A DNA stretch of 64,000 nucleotides. Origin: Bacilli bacterium (GTDB taxonomy: Bacteria > Bacillota_I > Bacilli_A > RFN20 > CAG-826). Location of the stretch: NCBI GenBank assembly GCA_045597865.1, contig JAZLKX010000057.1, positions 22,321 to 86,320 of the forward strand, in the 5' to 3' direction. Under the pieces are notes generated by a model. It was not told where the DNA came from. It worked only from the letters and a program-made list of their open reading frames with translations, and searched no databases. The number at the start of each line of letters is the position of its first letter. The first letter of the stretch is position 1. Below, one piece after another: positions 28,745 to 39,351 of the stretch. The position numbers were made by a program, and so were the translations under genes.

Positions 28745-30400
28745 ATGAAAACTTACGAAGATTTAGCAAATTACATATTCCCAGAAATCAACGAAACAAT
28801 TGCTGATTTAGAAAAGAAATATCCAGCCAGAAATTTACCAGAGGGCGCAGAAGTCACAAGATTCGCACCATCTCCAACTGGATTTTTACACTTAGGCTCA
28901 TTATTCACTTCTTTGGTTGCTCATAAAGTAGCAAAAGACACAGGCGGTGTTTTCTATTTAAGACTTGAAGACACAGATACAAAACGTGAAGTTGAAGGTA
29001 GTGGCGACGAACTTGTTCGACAACTTGCTCATTTTGGCATCGATCCAAAAGAAGGCTACCTTGGTCATGATGTTGGACCATATGCTCCATATAAACAATC
29101 TAATCGCGCGTACATATATAAGGTATGTATTAAGGAATTAATGAAGAAGGGTAGAGCATATCCTTGCTTCTGCAGTGCTGAACAACTTGAAGAAACAAGA
29201 CAAATTCAAGAAGCAATGAAAATGATTCCTGGTTACTATGGCGAATACGCAATCTGCCGTACAAATACTCCAGATGAAGCAATTGCACGTATTGAAGCTG
29301 GTGAACCTTATGTTATTCGTTTTAAATCAATGGGTAACCACAACAATAAAGTAACATTCCATGATGAAGTTCGTGGCGATATTTCAATTGCTGAGAACGA
29401 TATGGACATTGTTATTCTTAAATCTGATGGACTTCCAACCTATCACTTTGCACACGCTGTTGATGATCATTTTATGCATACAACAACTGTCATTCGTGGT
29501 GAAGAATGGATCTCATCAGCCCCAATACATATCGAATTATTTGAGACTTTAGGCTTTAAATTACCTAAGTACGCTCACTTACCAGTTATCATGAAACTTG
29601 ATAATGGAAATAAACGTAAACTTTCAAAGAGAAAAGATCCAGAAGCATCTGTTTCACACTTTATTGAAGAAGGCTATCCAAGAGAAGCTTTGCTCGTTTA
29701 CTTAATGAGTATTGCAAACTCCAATTTTGAAGAATGGACTGCCGAAAATCATTCATTCAATCTAGATGAATTCAAGTTCTCTTTCGATAAAATGTCCCTA
29801 GACGGTGTTCTTTTTGACCAAGATAAGCTTAATTTCTTCTCAAAGGAAATCATTGCTAAAATGTCTAATCAAGAAGTCTATAACAGAGTCTATGAATGGG
29901 CAGATGATGAATTCAAAGCTAAATTAGAAAAGTACAAAGAAGAATCTCTTGCAGCATTAAATATTGAACGTGGTGGTGAAAAAGCACGTAAGGATTATGC
30001 TGCATATAAAGATGTCTATCCTATTATTTCCTTATTCTATAAAGAAGATAACGAAAAAGAATTTAGTGAAATCGGTTGCCAATTTAAACCAGAAATTCCT
30101 AGTGATGTTGTAAAAGCTGTGCTCGAAGACTTTAAGAAATCAAATGACTATTCACTTGCAAATGATGTTTGGTTCAATACAGTTAAAGAATTAGGTGCTA
30201 GACATAAATTTGCTGAAAGTGGTAAAATTTTCAAGCAAAATCCTGAAGCATATGTTGGACACGTTGGTGATGTTGCAGAAATTATCCGTGTTGCAATTAC
30301 ATGTAGAAAGAATACTCCTAATCTTCACGATGTCTTAGTTATTCTGGGCAAAGATGAAGTTGATAGAAGAATTGATCGCGCTATAGCATCAATTAAATAA
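28745..30400 (+). CDS. gltX: Glutamate--tRNA ligase
   Basis: TRFAPSPTGFLHLG, LRLEDTD, PTYHFAHAVDD, IRGEEW, KLSKR. Confidence 0.96.
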   Translation: MKTYEDLANYIFPEINETIADLEKKYPARNLPEGAEVTRFAPSPTGFLHLGSLFTSLVAHKVAKDTGGVFYLRLEDTDTKREVEGSGDELVRQLAHFGIDPKEGYLGHDVGPYAPYKQSNRAYIYKVCIKELMKKGRAYPCFCSAEQLEETRQIQEAMKMIPGYYGEYAICRTNTPDEAIARIEAGEPYVIRFKSMGNHNNKVTFHDEVRGDISIAENDMDIVILKSDGLPTYHFAHAVDDHFMHTTTVIRGEEWISSAPIHIELFETLGFKLPKYAHLPVIMKLDNGNKRKLSKRKDPEASVSHFIEEGYPREALLVYLMSIANSNFEEWTAENHSFNLDEFKFSFDKMSLDGVLFDQDKLNFFSKEIIAKMSNQEVYNRVYEWADDEFKAKLEKYKEESLAALNIERGGEKARKDYAAYKDVYPIISLFYKEDNEKEFSEIGCQFKPEIPSDVVKAVLEDFKKSNDYSLANDVWFNTVKELGARHKFAESGKIFKQNPEAYVGHVGDVAEIIRVAITCRKNTPNLHDVLVILGKDEVDRRIDRAIASIK

Positions 30401-30415
30401 GGGCATTGCCCTTCT

Positions 30416-30491
30416 GGCCCCATGGTCAAGCGGTTCAAGACGCAACCCTCTCAAGGTTGAATCAAGGGTTCGATTCCCTTTGGGGTCACCA
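30416..30491 (+). tRNA. tRNA-Glu(CTC)
   Basis: CAACC-CTCTCAA-GGTTG; CCA; directly after gltX. Confidence 0.94.
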
Positions 30492-30571
30492 ATTAAAAAA
30501 AATAGAACTCTCTTTTGAGAGTTTTTATTTTATTCAGTTGAAATATAATTATTTCTTTATATAATAAAGAT

Positions 30572-31204
30572 ATGGAATACGAAGAATTATTTATTCAAAT
30601 ACTTGATAATGATGAAAAAATCATCGATACGTTTAAACCAAAGCATAAAAGATTTGTTGGTTTAACAATTTTGAGAAATTTGATTGCAAGCTTACTTGTA
30701 CTCATTTTTCCTGCAGTTTTTGTTGTTGCTTCAATTGCACTTAATAATGGCATCGATGAAACTACTCAATGTGAAATTAATGGAGTAGCAGCTACTGGAG
30801 AGGACTGTAAGGCAGGGCTTGGAGTTTTCATTATCATCCCTTGCATCATAGCTGGCTTAGTTGTTTTAGGTTTTCTTTTCTCTGTTATTGCAAGAATTGT
30901 AGTTTATAAAAAGACTTGTTACTGCTGCACAAATAAAAGAATCATAATTCGTCGCGGTTTCATCGGCGCTGATTATCAAACATTGGATTATGACCTTATT
31001 GGAGGCATGGATGTTAGAGTCGATTTTTTCGACAAAATTATGAAACCAAATACTGGAACAATTTCATTTGCATCTGCTGCTTCTCCAATGATTGATAAAC
31101 AAGGTCCTTCATATTATTTTGCACACATCGAAAACCCATACGAAACATATAAAAAAATTAAGGAATATTCATCAACTTACCGAGACGGAAAATTGAATAG
31201 TTAG
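30572..31204 (+). CDS. Membrane protein with bacterial PH (bPH_2-like) domain
   Basis: Two TM segments, then YCCTNKRIIIRRGFIG...GTISF pattern. Confidence 0.75.
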   Translation: MEYEELFIQILDNDEKIIDTFKPKHKRFVGLTILRNLIASLLVLIFPAVFVVASIALNNGIDETTQCEINGVAATGEDCKAGLGVFIIIPCIIAGLVVLGFLFSVIARIVVYKKTCYCCTNKRIIIRRGFIGADYQTLDYDLIGGMDVRVDFFDKIMKPNTGTISFASAASPMIDKQGPSYYFAHIENPYETYKKIKEYSSTYRDGKLNS

Positions 31205-31207
31205 TTT

Positions 31208-32068
31208 ATGAAAGCGATCTATCTTTGTTCAAATAAAACAGGCATTAAAAAGTCGGAAAAGAAGACCGCTTTTATTTTTGATTCGCTCCATAAAATATAT
31301 AAAGATTTAACAATTGTAAAAACTGAAAATATTGAGGATTTTGAGGAAAATATTCGCAAATCTGTGGGTATTTTTGATATTGTGATTGTTGGTGGTGGAG
31401 ACGGAACACTTAAAGCTGCAGTCAATGTTTTGATGGAATTTTCGAAAGAAGAAAGACCAGTGTTAGGATATCTTCCACTAGGTACCATTAACGACGCCGG
31501 AAAGGCTGTTGGAATTAACGGAAGTTTACGCAAGGCTCTTAAGATTTTAGAAGAAAATTCGATAATAGAAGTTGATGTCTGCAAAGTTAATGATGAATAC
31601 TTTAATTTTGTGTGTGCTGCTGGAGCTTATTCGGACATTTCTTATGTCACAAAAAGAAGAGCTAAAAAAATTATAGGAAAATTTGCTTATTATTTTGTTG
31701 CAATTGCTTCACTTTTTAAAAAGAAAAAACTTGATGTTCATGTAGTCGCAGATAACCAAATTATTGATATGAAAACACCATTAGTTTTAATTATGAATTC
31801 GAAAAATGTTGGCGGTTTTCCAGTTAATTTCAATTATTCAGTAGTCGATGGAAAGGTTGAAATTTACCTGACAAAACCTGGTCTTTTTAATGGATTATTG
31901 CATTATGCTTTCTTCAAAATGAGAACAATAAAACTAAAAGCTTCTCACTTAAAAGTGTCGATTAAATCGAATGAAACTTGGTGTTTGGATGGCGAAAAAG
32001 GTTTTAATGGCGACATTGAAATCAATGTAATTCAACGAGAACTCCGAATGGTTGGCAAATTAAAATAA
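31208..32068 (+). CDS. Diacylglycerol/lipid kinase family (YegS/DgkB-like)
   Basis: GGGDGT, LPLGTIND, LDGE. Confidence 0.9.
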   Translation: MKAIYLCSNKTGIKKSEKKTAFIFDSLHKIYKDLTIVKTENIEDFEENIRKSVGIFDIVIVGGGDGTLKAAVNVLMEFSKEERPVLGYLPLGTINDAGKAVGINGSLRKALKILEENSIIEVDVCKVNDEYFNFVCAAGAYSDISYVTKRRAKKIIGKFAYYFVAIASLFKKKKLDVHVVADNQIIDMKTPLVLIMNSKNVGGFPVNFNYSVVDGKVEIYLTKPGLFNGLLHYAFFKMRTIKLKASHLKVSIKSNETWCLDGEKGFNGDIEINVIQRELRMVGKLK

Positions 32069-32132
32069 TTTAATTTTTTGCTTTTCATTTTAACAATATT
32101 ATTATATTATTAACGCAGTAGGCGGAAGTTTT

Positions 32133-32999
32133 ATGAAATTCAAAAAACCAAGAGGATTACTATTAGGAATCGGATTCAGCGCATTTGCTATCGCTGTAAT
32201 TTTGTTCTTTTTAGTCCCAGTATTTTTTAAGGATTTTCAATACAATGCTTTAGAAGCGATTTTAGGCGGACTTAAGGGATTAGTATCTTTTAATTTTGCC
32301 AACGTTCTCTATACAGCTTTATTTGTTTTGTTTGTCCTTGCTTTAGCATCTGTTGTGATTTATGCAATTACTGCAGTTCAAAAGAAACATAAAATCCATC
32401 TTCTTATTGCCGCATTTTCATTAATTTTCGTTTTTGGTTCCTACTTAGGTATTTCTATTTACTTCTTAGGAAGTGATATTGCTTTTGGTGGAAAAATCAC
32501 CAGTTCAACTAATTCTTTACTTTCTTTAATGTTAGTTTCAGAAAATGTTGGAGGTAAGATTTTATCCTCCTTTATCTTAGCATTAGTTGTTCTTTCAAAT
32601 GTAATGCTCATTGTTCATATGTTTGTTGCATTGATTTCAATGATGGTTACTGAAGAAATTATTAATTTCGAAGCTAAATGTGAAGAAGAAACTCAAAAAG
32701 CTATTGAAGAAAAAACTGCCGAGATTGTTGCAAGCCAAGCAGCTGCTGAATCAGCTCCTGCATTTGCAACTGTATTGGCACCAGAAGTAGAAGCCGATCT
32801 TGAAGAACGCAAACGCAAGGAAATGGCGTTCTTTAAAGAATGCTTAGATTCAGGTTATTTTACTGAATATGAAGAAATTGAATTCCCAGAGCCAATTGAA
32901 GGCGTTGAGGAAGAACCTGTGTGCGAAGCCAGTGTCATCGAAGAAAGAACCGCATTTATTTCTAGAACTAGTGTACACGTTGGCTATACACACGATTAA
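32133..32999 (+). CDS. Hypothetical 4-TM protein with acidic tail
   Basis: Four hydrophobic segments followed by a Glu-rich region. Confidence 0.7.
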   Translation: MKFKKPRGLLLGIGFSAFAIAVILFFLVPVFFKDFQYNALEAILGGLKGLVSFNFANVLYTALFVLFVLALASVVIYAITAVQKKHKIHLLIAAFSLIFVFGSYLGISIYFLGSDIAFGGKITSSTNSLLSLMLVSENVGGKILSSFILALVVLSNVMLIVHMFVALISMMVTEEIINFEAKCEEETQKAIEEKTAEIVASQAAAESAPAFATVLAPEVEADLEERKRKEMAFFKECLDSGYFTEYEEIEFPEPIEGVEEEPVCEASVIEERTAFISRTSVHVGYTHD

Positions 33000-33057
33000 G
33001 TTGTTTTATTATAACTCTTAGAGTTATTTTAAAAATAAATATTTTGGAGGGCTTTAT

Positions 33058-34653
33058 ATGAAAAAAGCTAAAAACGCATTTGCGATAATTGGTATTGTAT
33101 TAGCAGTTGTCGCAGCCGCATTACTAATGTTACATCCAGTAATAGACGGATTAAGCGCTGTCATGTTCCCAGACGGGAAACCAGGACTACCATTTGATCA
33201 ATATTTTTCAATGGTAGGTGGCAGAGTCCAGAAACTTTGGGATTTTTCATGGTTTAGTGCATTCAGTCTTGAAGCATTAAAATCAAATTTCCCATTCATT
33301 GTTTGTGTTGTTGGTCTTGTCTTGTTTGTAGCATTCCTTATCATCATGATTTGCAAGAAACACTTTAAAGGATTTGGTTGGTTTGTACCAATGCTTGTTT
33401 TATTCCTTTTATCAATTGTTGTTTCCTCAGTTTACGTTAATCCTGGTGATCCATCATTCTTTAACGAATACAAACCATTAACTGAAGCTGGCGAAGGTTA
33501 TGGTTTAATTCAAGTTTCCGAAAACTTATTCTTAACCCAAATCTTAGTTTATGTTGGATTAGTATGTGCAATTATTGCTGCAGCAATGTTCATAGTTGCA
33601 TTAATTTTCTACATCATTTATGTTTGTGGTGAAGAAAGAGAAGAGGAAGCTGAAGAACCTGCTATTGAACCAAGTCAACCAGTCAGAGCAGCTGCTGAAG
33701 CAGCACCTGCACCAGTTGCCGTTCAATCAGCAATCGTTCCTGCACAAAAACCAGCAGCATCAGCTACAGTCGCAGCCGCACCAGCAGCATCAGCTACAGT
33801 CGCAGCCGCACCAGCTCCTGCAAAAGAAGAAGCTCCAGCCGAAGATAACGCCAAGGTTATTAGACGCATTCTTGTTCATAAGAGTGGTAAAGTTGTCAGA
33901 GTTCTTAATGAACATTACTATGACATTACTACTAACGTATTTGTTGACCAAGGTTACTATGATCCAAATAGACCAGCTGAAACCGAACAACAACATTACG
34001 AAAGACTTATTAATGAAGCAAAAACTGTTTTACAACCAGCACCAGCTCCTGTTGTTGCTCCAGCACCAGCTCCAGCTCCAGTTATCGTTGTAACTCAACC
34101 ACAACCACAAGTTGTTGTTGCACCAGCACCAGCTCCTGTTGTTGCTCCAGCACCAGCACCAGCTCCAGTCGTTGCTCCAGCACCAGCACCAGCTCCTGTT
34201 GTTGCACCAGCTCCAGTTGTTGTTGCTGCACCAGCACCAGCAAAAGAGAAAGTCGAACGTATTCCATTTACTGATCGTATGAAACATGCTGAAAAAGCAT
34301 TAAAATTCGCTTACAACGAAATTAAGAGTGAAATCTTATCATATGGTCTTAAATCACGTGTTTCTATCGCAGGTGATACATTCAGACTTCATACAAAGAC
34401 ATATGTCATGCTTGTTGTTGCAGGTAAGAGCTTAAAACTCTACTTTGCTTTGGATCCAAAGGATTATAAAGATTCCAAGATGCCACTTGGTGATGCATCC
34501 AAGAAAGTCCTCCATAAAGATACACCTCTTGTATTCAAAGTTAAGTCAGACTTATCAGTTCGTAGATGTAAACAACTTATCGCTGATTGTTGTGCTAAAG
34601 ACGGTCTTGAAAAAGGCGAATTTGTCAAACACGATCACGTTAAGGATTTATAA
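33058..34653 (+). CDS. 4-TM membrane protein with Ala/Pro linkers and a C-terminal globular domain (DUF5655-like, tentative)
   Basis: GGAGG RBS; TM region; [10 protein letters not shown] and PAPAPVV repeats; C-terminal [18 protein letters not shown]...[12 protein letters not shown]. Confidence 0.7.
   Translation: MKKAKNAFAIIGIVLAVVAAALLMLHPVIDGLSAVMFPDGKPGLPFDQYFSMVGGRVQKLWDFSWFSAFSLEALKSNFPFIVCVVGLVLFVAFLIIMICKKHFKGFGWFVPMLVLFLLSIVVSSVYVNPGDPSFFNEYKPLTEAGEGYGLIQVSENLFLTQILVYVGLVCAIIAAAMFIVALIFYIIYVCGEEREEEAEEPAIEPSQPVRAAAEAAPAPVAVQSAIVPAQKPAASATVAAAPAASATVAAAPAPAKEEAPAEDNAKVIRRILVHKSGKVVRVLNEHYYDITTNVFVDQGYYDPNRPAETEQQHYERLINEAKTVLQPAPAPVVAPAPAPAPVIVVTQPQPQVVVAPAPAPVVAPAPAPAPVVAPAPAPAPVVAPAPVVVAAPAPAKEKVERIPFTDRMKHAEKALKFAYNEIKSEILSYGLKSRVSIAGDTFRLHTKTYVMLVVAGKSLKLYFALDPKDYKDSKMPLGDASKKVLHKDTPLVFKVKSDLSVRRCKQLIADCCAKDGLEKGEFVKHDHVKDL
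33751..33810 (+). repeat. Exact 30-bp tandem duplication ([10 protein letters not shown] x2)
   Basis: CCAGCAGCATCAGCTACAGTCGCAGCCGCA repeated twice. Confidence 0.95.
34034..34243 (+). repeat. Coding low-complexity repeats (APAPAPVV)n
   Basis: Multiple CCAGCACCAGCTCCWGTYGTTGCW-like units. Confidence 0.9.
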
Positions 34654-34669
34654 TCTTTATTTAAAATTT

Positions 34670-34695
34670 AAAGGTGACCTTCGGGCCACCTTTTT
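34670..34695. terminator. Terminator with TTCG loop between convergent genes
   Basis: AAAGGTGACC-TTCG-GGCCACCTTT. Confidence 0.7.
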
Positions 34696-35230
34696 ATTTA
34701 CTCAATTTTTCTTTGTATAACTTATATATTAAGTCACTTGTTTCTTCAATTGACTTGTTTTCAGTTTTGATTATAAAATCAACTTTTCCAATCTTCTCCA
34801 ATGAGAAGTCATCAACATCATTTTTAAGACGTTTCGCAATATTTTCTTGTTTGTCTCCACGAGAAACCATGCGTTCGTGTCTTGTTTTTTCATCTGCAAT
34901 TAAAAGAAATGAAACTATGTGTTTATTATTTAATTTTAAGAATGAATGAAGACCATTTGGATCAAGCACGACAATTTTATTGTCATCAACTTGATCAATG
35001 CCGCATCCATAGTAATTTTCATTGTATAGTGAATGCTCTACAAATTTTCCTTCATTTAAACGTTTTGTAAATTCTTCTTTGCTAATAAAAAAATATTCAA
35101 CGCCATCAGTTTCGCCGACTCGTTTTTCACGTGTTGTAGTTGTGATTGCTTTAACCAAGCCATGACGTTTTTGTAAATCAAGGGCTGTAACTGTTTTTCC
35201 GCTTGCAGAAGCACCGACTAATAAAATCAT
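34694..35230 (-). CDS. gmk: Guanylate kinase-like protein
   Basis: GASASGKT P-loop, TTTTREKRVGETDGVEYFF, ENYYG. Confidence 0.85.
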   Translation of the reverse strand: MILLVGASASGKTVTALDLQKRHGLVKAITTTTREKRVGETDGVEYFFISKEEFTKRLNEGKFVEHSLYNENYYGCGIDQVDDNKIVVLDPNGLHSFLKLNNKHIVSFLLIADEKTRHERMVSRGDKQENIAKRLKNDVDDFSLEKIGKVDFIIKTENKSIEETSDLIYKLYKEKLSK

Positions 35231-35357
35231 AGAAAATATTATACTCGAAATAATAAATAAAAAATTGGCAAAAAAAGAGACTTATTTATAAGTCTAAAAA
35301 TATTTTATCGGTTTTCCAAAAATCACTGTAAATAGTAATTGAGAGGAGAAAAATTAT

Positions 35358-35678
35358 ATGCCAAGAAATAGCAAAGACGGTTCATACTACAGATTTAACG
35401 AAATGGAAACTATCGCTAAGGTTTATTTTTTGCGTTCAAAGTATTTTAAAAACAATCTGCAAAAACCAGTTATTGAAACAAACAAAAAAGCTAGAAAGAT
35501 AAATAAAATTACTAAAGCTTTTAGTGCATTGAGTGAACCGTATAAAACAATAATTAGAAACACTTTCTTTGAAAAGAAAGATGAGTTTTGGTGGTCTGAT
35601 TATTATCCTAAAACTACATATTATCGAATGAGAAATCAAGCCATAAAAGCATTTTTGCTAGCGTATAAATTACAATGA
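35358..35678 (+). CDS. Small basic protein, MG284/MPN403-like (ArpU / sigma region 4-like C-terminus)
   Basis: GAGGAG RBS; FWWSDYYPKTTYYRMRNQAIKAFL resembles the ArpU/MG284 C-terminal helix pattern. Confidence 0.6.
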   Translation: MPRNSKDGSYYRFNEMETIAKVYFLRSKYFKNNLQKPVIETNKKARKINKITKAFSALSEPYKTIIRNTFFEKKDEFWWSDYYPKTTYYRMRNQAIKAFLLAYKLQ

Positions 35679-36625
35679 AAAGAAATCTAATATTACTAAT
35701 ATTGTCATCTTTTTTATGCCTTACAAGTACAGGGGCAGGAAAAACTAAAATCGGGATTAGTTCAATTAAAACTATGCCTTTTTATTTAGATGGTTCTACA
35801 ACAGACATAAAAATCTCTGTGACCGCAAGCAAAATTGACCCCGTTATTATAGAAGTTAAAGTAAGCAATGATTTTAATATTGATGGAGTAAGTATTTATA
35901 AAAATGTCTTGAATTCTCTCCAAACAGTAAATATCGAATATGATAATCGATATACAAGACCTGAGGATAATTATTTAATCGTTGATGAAAAGATAGGACC
36001 AAGTGTAAAAACTTATAAACATTATGTTAGTTTAGCCAAATCCTCTTCTATTTCTTTGACTGATCCTGTACATGTTTATAATTCAGTTTCACAAAATTAT
36101 TCATATAAGAGTGGAGTTTGGACTTCTTCTGTTGAAACATTAAAATTTTATAATTTTGAGGATCAATATGTTCCAGATTTCTATCATAAGATAGATCCTA
36201 CGTATTTTTATATTTGTCCAGAAAGGTCTTATGACGAAGACAATTTGATGTTTACTGGCGGTTATTTCACGATAACAAATAAAGATGGTTTATTTAATTC
36301 ATTTAACCACGATTCAGAAATAGCATTTATACCTCTTACATTAGTAAAAAAGGAAAACAGGTATGTTTTAGCCTTTGCAAATAATCTATATGTTAATACA
36401 ACAACTTTAGAAATGAGTTCTAGCTATAAAGTCGGATTTGTTAATACAAGATATTTTTATTTGCCTAGAAACGAGAAAAGATACGAAGACTTTTATGAGT
36501 GCGGAATAGTTTTAAATGGTTTAGGGCAAGATAAATCTAATTTTATTTCTAAATTTAAATATAAGTCATTAAAAAATATATTTGGGGATTGCCGCAATAG
36601 CAAATATTGCATTATCAATAGCTAA
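35675..36625 (+). CDS. Hypothetical secreted beta-rich protein (MG285-like, tentative)
   Basis: Signal peptide MKRNLILLILSSFLCLTSTGA; C-terminal IFGDCRNSKYC Cys pair; overlaps previous stop. Confidence 0.55.
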   Translation: MKRNLILLILSSFLCLTSTGAGKTKIGISSIKTMPFYLDGSTTDIKISVTASKIDPVIIEVKVSNDFNIDGVSIYKNVLNSLQTVNIEYDNRYTRPEDNYLIVDEKIGPSVKTYKHYVSLAKSSSISLTDPVHVYNSVSQNYSYKSGVWTSSVETLKFYNFEDQYVPDFYHKIDPTYFYICPERSYDEDNLMFTGGYFTITNKDGLFNSFNHDSEIAFIPLTLVKKENRYVLAFANNLYVNTTTLEMSSSYKVGFVNTRYFYLPRNEKRYEDFYECGIVLNGLGQDKSNFISKFKYKSLKNIFGDCRNSKYCIINS

Positions 36626-36626
36626 T

Positions 36627-37034
36627 ATGACAAATTGTATCTTCTATTCATTATTTTTTGTTCTTTTCTTAAATTTTTCATTTGGATCTTTAAGAATTTC
36701 ACAAATCAATAGAATTTTTATGTCAATGTACAAGGGATTATTTGAATCGTGCACTGTTACGATTGATCAAAATGGTGAACCGATATTTCCTTATTATAAT
36801 CAAAGTTTATTAGAAGAAACAGCTCAAAGTTATGTTGATGAAAATATCGGAAAATTAACACCGTCTTATACCTTAACAATAAATTTTTATAAAGAAAACG
36901 GCTATTCACATTGTTCAAAAAGAGACTTAGCTAGGTGCGTGAAATTAAAGCTTGAAACTAGAATTAATTATTTATTCTCTTATGAAAAGGAACAGGTTTA
37001 TATGATTCAAGAAGGGGCAATTGATAATGAATAA
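36627..37034 (+). CDS. Single-TM pseudopilin-like protein (MG286-like, tentative)
   Basis: N-terminal hydrophobic helix, ISQINRIF amphipathic helix, internal Cys pair. Confidence 0.55.
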   Translation: MTNCIFYSLFFVLFLNFSFGSLRISQINRIFMSMYKGLFESCTVTIDQNGEPIFPYYNQSLLEETAQSYVDENIGKLTPSYTLTINFYKENGYSHCSKRDLARCVKLKLETRINYLFSYEKEQVYMIQEGAIDNE

Positions 37035-37980
37035 TAAATTAATTGAATACATCGAAAAGTCCTTTTTGAAAGACTTGATCTGCCAAGAAGGAGTAACTGA
37101 CATTTCTTATAACGGAAAGTTTATTTTCTACTTGCACAATACTGAGGGAAGGAAAAAAGCTGATATAAATGTAAGCAGCAACGAAGTTTTAGACTTTCTT
37201 AGGCAAATTGCCAACTATTCAGAGAAACAATTTTCAGTAACAACTCCTCTTTTAGATATTTCAGTAGGAAAATATCGCATTAATGCAGTTCATCCATCAA
37301 TTGTTCGTGTTAAAAACGAAAAAGCATGTTCTTTCGCTATTAGAATAAGTTCAGAGGAATCAAGAATCATAAACGATAATGATTTTATAGATGAAAAATG
37401 TCGTTCTTTTCTTTTTGAAGCAATGAAAAATGAGAAGTCGATAGTCATTGCAGGCCCAACCGGTAGTGGAAAAACTGAATTGCAGAAATTTTTGCTATTA
37501 AACCTCAAAAATTGCACCCGTGTCATAGTTATTGACAATGTTGAGGAGTTGGAAAATGTGCGTTTGAATAATGAAATAGACCTCACAAGTTGGCAAATTT
37601 CTCAAAATAATTTAAATGCCTCAATTCAAGAACTTGTCCGTAATGCGTTAAGAAGTAATCCTGATTGGATTGTTATAGCTGAATCTCGAGGAAAAGAGAT
37701 GAATGAAGTATTAAATAGTGTAATGACTGGTCATCCAATAATTACAACTTTGCATGCAGAAGCAATAGAAGACATACCTTTACGTATTTGTAGAATGGTA
37801 GAAATGGCTGACGTGACTCAAAAGCACGAAAGCATTCTAAATGATATTTATGAACACATAAAAGTATGTGTTTTTCTAAATAGAAAAATTGATTCAGATA
37901 CAGGTGTAAAACGATATGTTGAAGCAATCGGTGAATTACAAAAAGACAAAACAATGAAAATTATTTATAGGAGGAAATGA
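37027..37980 (+). CDS. CpaF/TadA/VirB11-family secretion ATPase
   Basis: VTDISYNG, RINAVH, Walker A GPTGSGKT, IDNVEEL, ALRSNPDWIVIAESRG, TGHPIITTLHA. Confidence 0.92.
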   Translation: MNNKLIEYIEKSFLKDLICQEGVTDISYNGKFIFYLHNTEGRKKADINVSSNEVLDFLRQIANYSEKQFSVTTPLLDISVGKYRINAVHPSIVRVKNEKACSFAIRISSEESRIINDNDFIDEKCRSFLFEAMKNEKSIVIAGPTGSGKTELQKFLLLNLKNCTRVIVIDNVEELENVRLNNEIDLTSWQISQNNLNASIQELVRNALRSNPDWIVIAESRGKEMNEVLNSVMTGHPIITTLHAEAIEDIPLRICRMVEMADVTQKHESILNDIYEHIKVCVFLNRKIDSDTGVKRYVEAIGELQKDKTMKIIYRRK

Positions 37981-37981
37981 C

Positions 37982-38686
37982 ATGAAAGGAATCACAATAG
38001 GTTTTTTAATTTTGTCTATAGTTGTAGGGATTATGTGCTATCTTACAACATCAAATTTATATTTTGCATTAGGTATATTTTTGATTTTTATTCTTTATTT
38101 CTTCTTGTTTCAATACAAAAAATTTAAAAAATATTTTTCGATAGTTAGAAGAGTACATTCTTGCTATTTTTTTGTTAATTCCTTTATAGTTTCGATGTCA
38201 GTAAAGGAATCGTATGAGGAAGCCTATAACAGCGGTATCAGAATTAACGATTCAAAGTTGCAATTTTATTGTAATGAGTTAAATGATTTATCTGATTATG
38301 AAAAAGTTAAATATTTGCGAAATTATTTTAAATTAGCAATATACAAAATGTTTTTAAATATTTTAGAAATTTATCAAGAACAAGGCGGTAATATTTTAAC
38401 AATGAGTGACAATCTAATTCGTGAATGTACAAGGACCGAAAAAACGCTTATTGAATCATATAATTTAGGGATCAAACATATCATTGAATTTATCATACTT
38501 TGGGCACTATCTTTTGGTGTACTTTTGTTCCTCAAATTTGGTATCGGAGACTTTTATGATAAGATGCTTCAAAACCCTATATTTCCACCCTTAATTTTAG
38601 TGTTCTTTTTTATCTTTTTAATTTCAATTCACTTGTTCTTTAAAACGTTTACAAATTTAACAATTAAGGAGGATATTATTGAATGA
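37982..38686 (+). CDS. TadB-like platform protein (T2SS F domain)
   Basis: 2 TM - soluble domain (FVNSFIVSMS...YQEQGGNI) - 2 TM; directly after the ATPase. Confidence 0.7.
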   Translation: MKGITIGFLILSIVVGIMCYLTTSNLYFALGIFLIFILYFFLFQYKKFKKYFSIVRRVHSCYFFVNSFIVSMSVKESYEEAYNSGIRINDSKLQFYCNELNDLSDYEKVKYLRNYFKLAIYKMFLNILEIYQEQGGNILTMSDNLIRECTRTEKTLIESYNLGIKHIIEFIILWALSFGVLLFLKFGIGDFYDKMLQNPIFPPLILVFFFIFLISIHLFFKTFTNLTIKEDIIE

Positions 38687-39351
38687 AAAAAATACTCGCT
38701 CAAATAGAAAGACTTGGCCTTTCTGCCAAAAAAGAATTTGCAATTTTAACAGTTGTAGATTTGATTTTGTTTGCTTGTTCAATTGTTGCTGGAATATATG
38801 GGAAAAACAGTCTATTTTTCATATTTGGTCCAGGATTTGCAGTGATTTTTTCAATTTTATACTTAAGCCGATATGGTAATTTGATCAATAAAATTAATAA
38901 CAATAACTTACTTGAATTTTCTGAACTTTTTGGTTTCTTCAAGATATATATTAAAAATGGTTACAACGTATACAATGCATTAAAAGAAATCTCATATTTT
39001 GCTAATGACAATTTAAAAGAATTATTGCAAATTTTATTGAATGAAATTGACGAAGACAAATCGGTTCAACCATTTATTAATTTTTCGAAAAATTTTGATG
39101 AAATAATTGTTGAAGAATTAATGATTTCAATATACCAAATGATTGATGAAGGAGAGCAGTCAAATTATCTTGTTCAATTTGAGTTTATTTTTGACAAATT
39201 TTCTGATTCATTATTGCAAAAAGAATTAAAGAAAAAAGACTCGAAATTAGGAACGCTTTCAAGTGCTCCTCTTATTGGCTCATCTTTCCTAATTGTGGTC
39301 ATTACAATAGGCATTATTGGATTAATCGGAGATATTACGAATGGGATATAA
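38683..39351 (+). CDS. TadC-like platform protein (T2SS F domain)
   Basis: 2 TM; FFKIYIKNGYNVYNAL motif; C-terminal TM. Confidence 0.72.
   Translation: MKKILAQIERLGLSAKKEFAILTVVDLILFACSIVAGIYGKNSLFFIFGPGFAVIFSILYLSRYGNLINKINNNNLLEFSELFGFFKIYIKNGYNVYNALKEISYFANDNLKELLQILLNEIDEDKSVQPFINFSKNFDEIIVEELMISIYQMIDEGEQSNYLVQFEFIFDKFSDSLLQKELKKKDSKLGTLSSAPLIGSSFLIVVITIGIIGLIGDITNGI

Noticed and set aside
33620-34287. CRISPR-like array, or Gln-rich and Trp/Cys-rich ORFs in other frames
   Set aside because: The repeats are in-frame Pro/Ala coding repeats without unique spacers; the other ORFs are frame shadows
37027-37980. Conjugative T4SS (VirB11) of an ICE
   Set aside because: No VirB4, coupling protein, relaxase or integrase adjacent; followed by TadB/C-like genes and flanked by core genes
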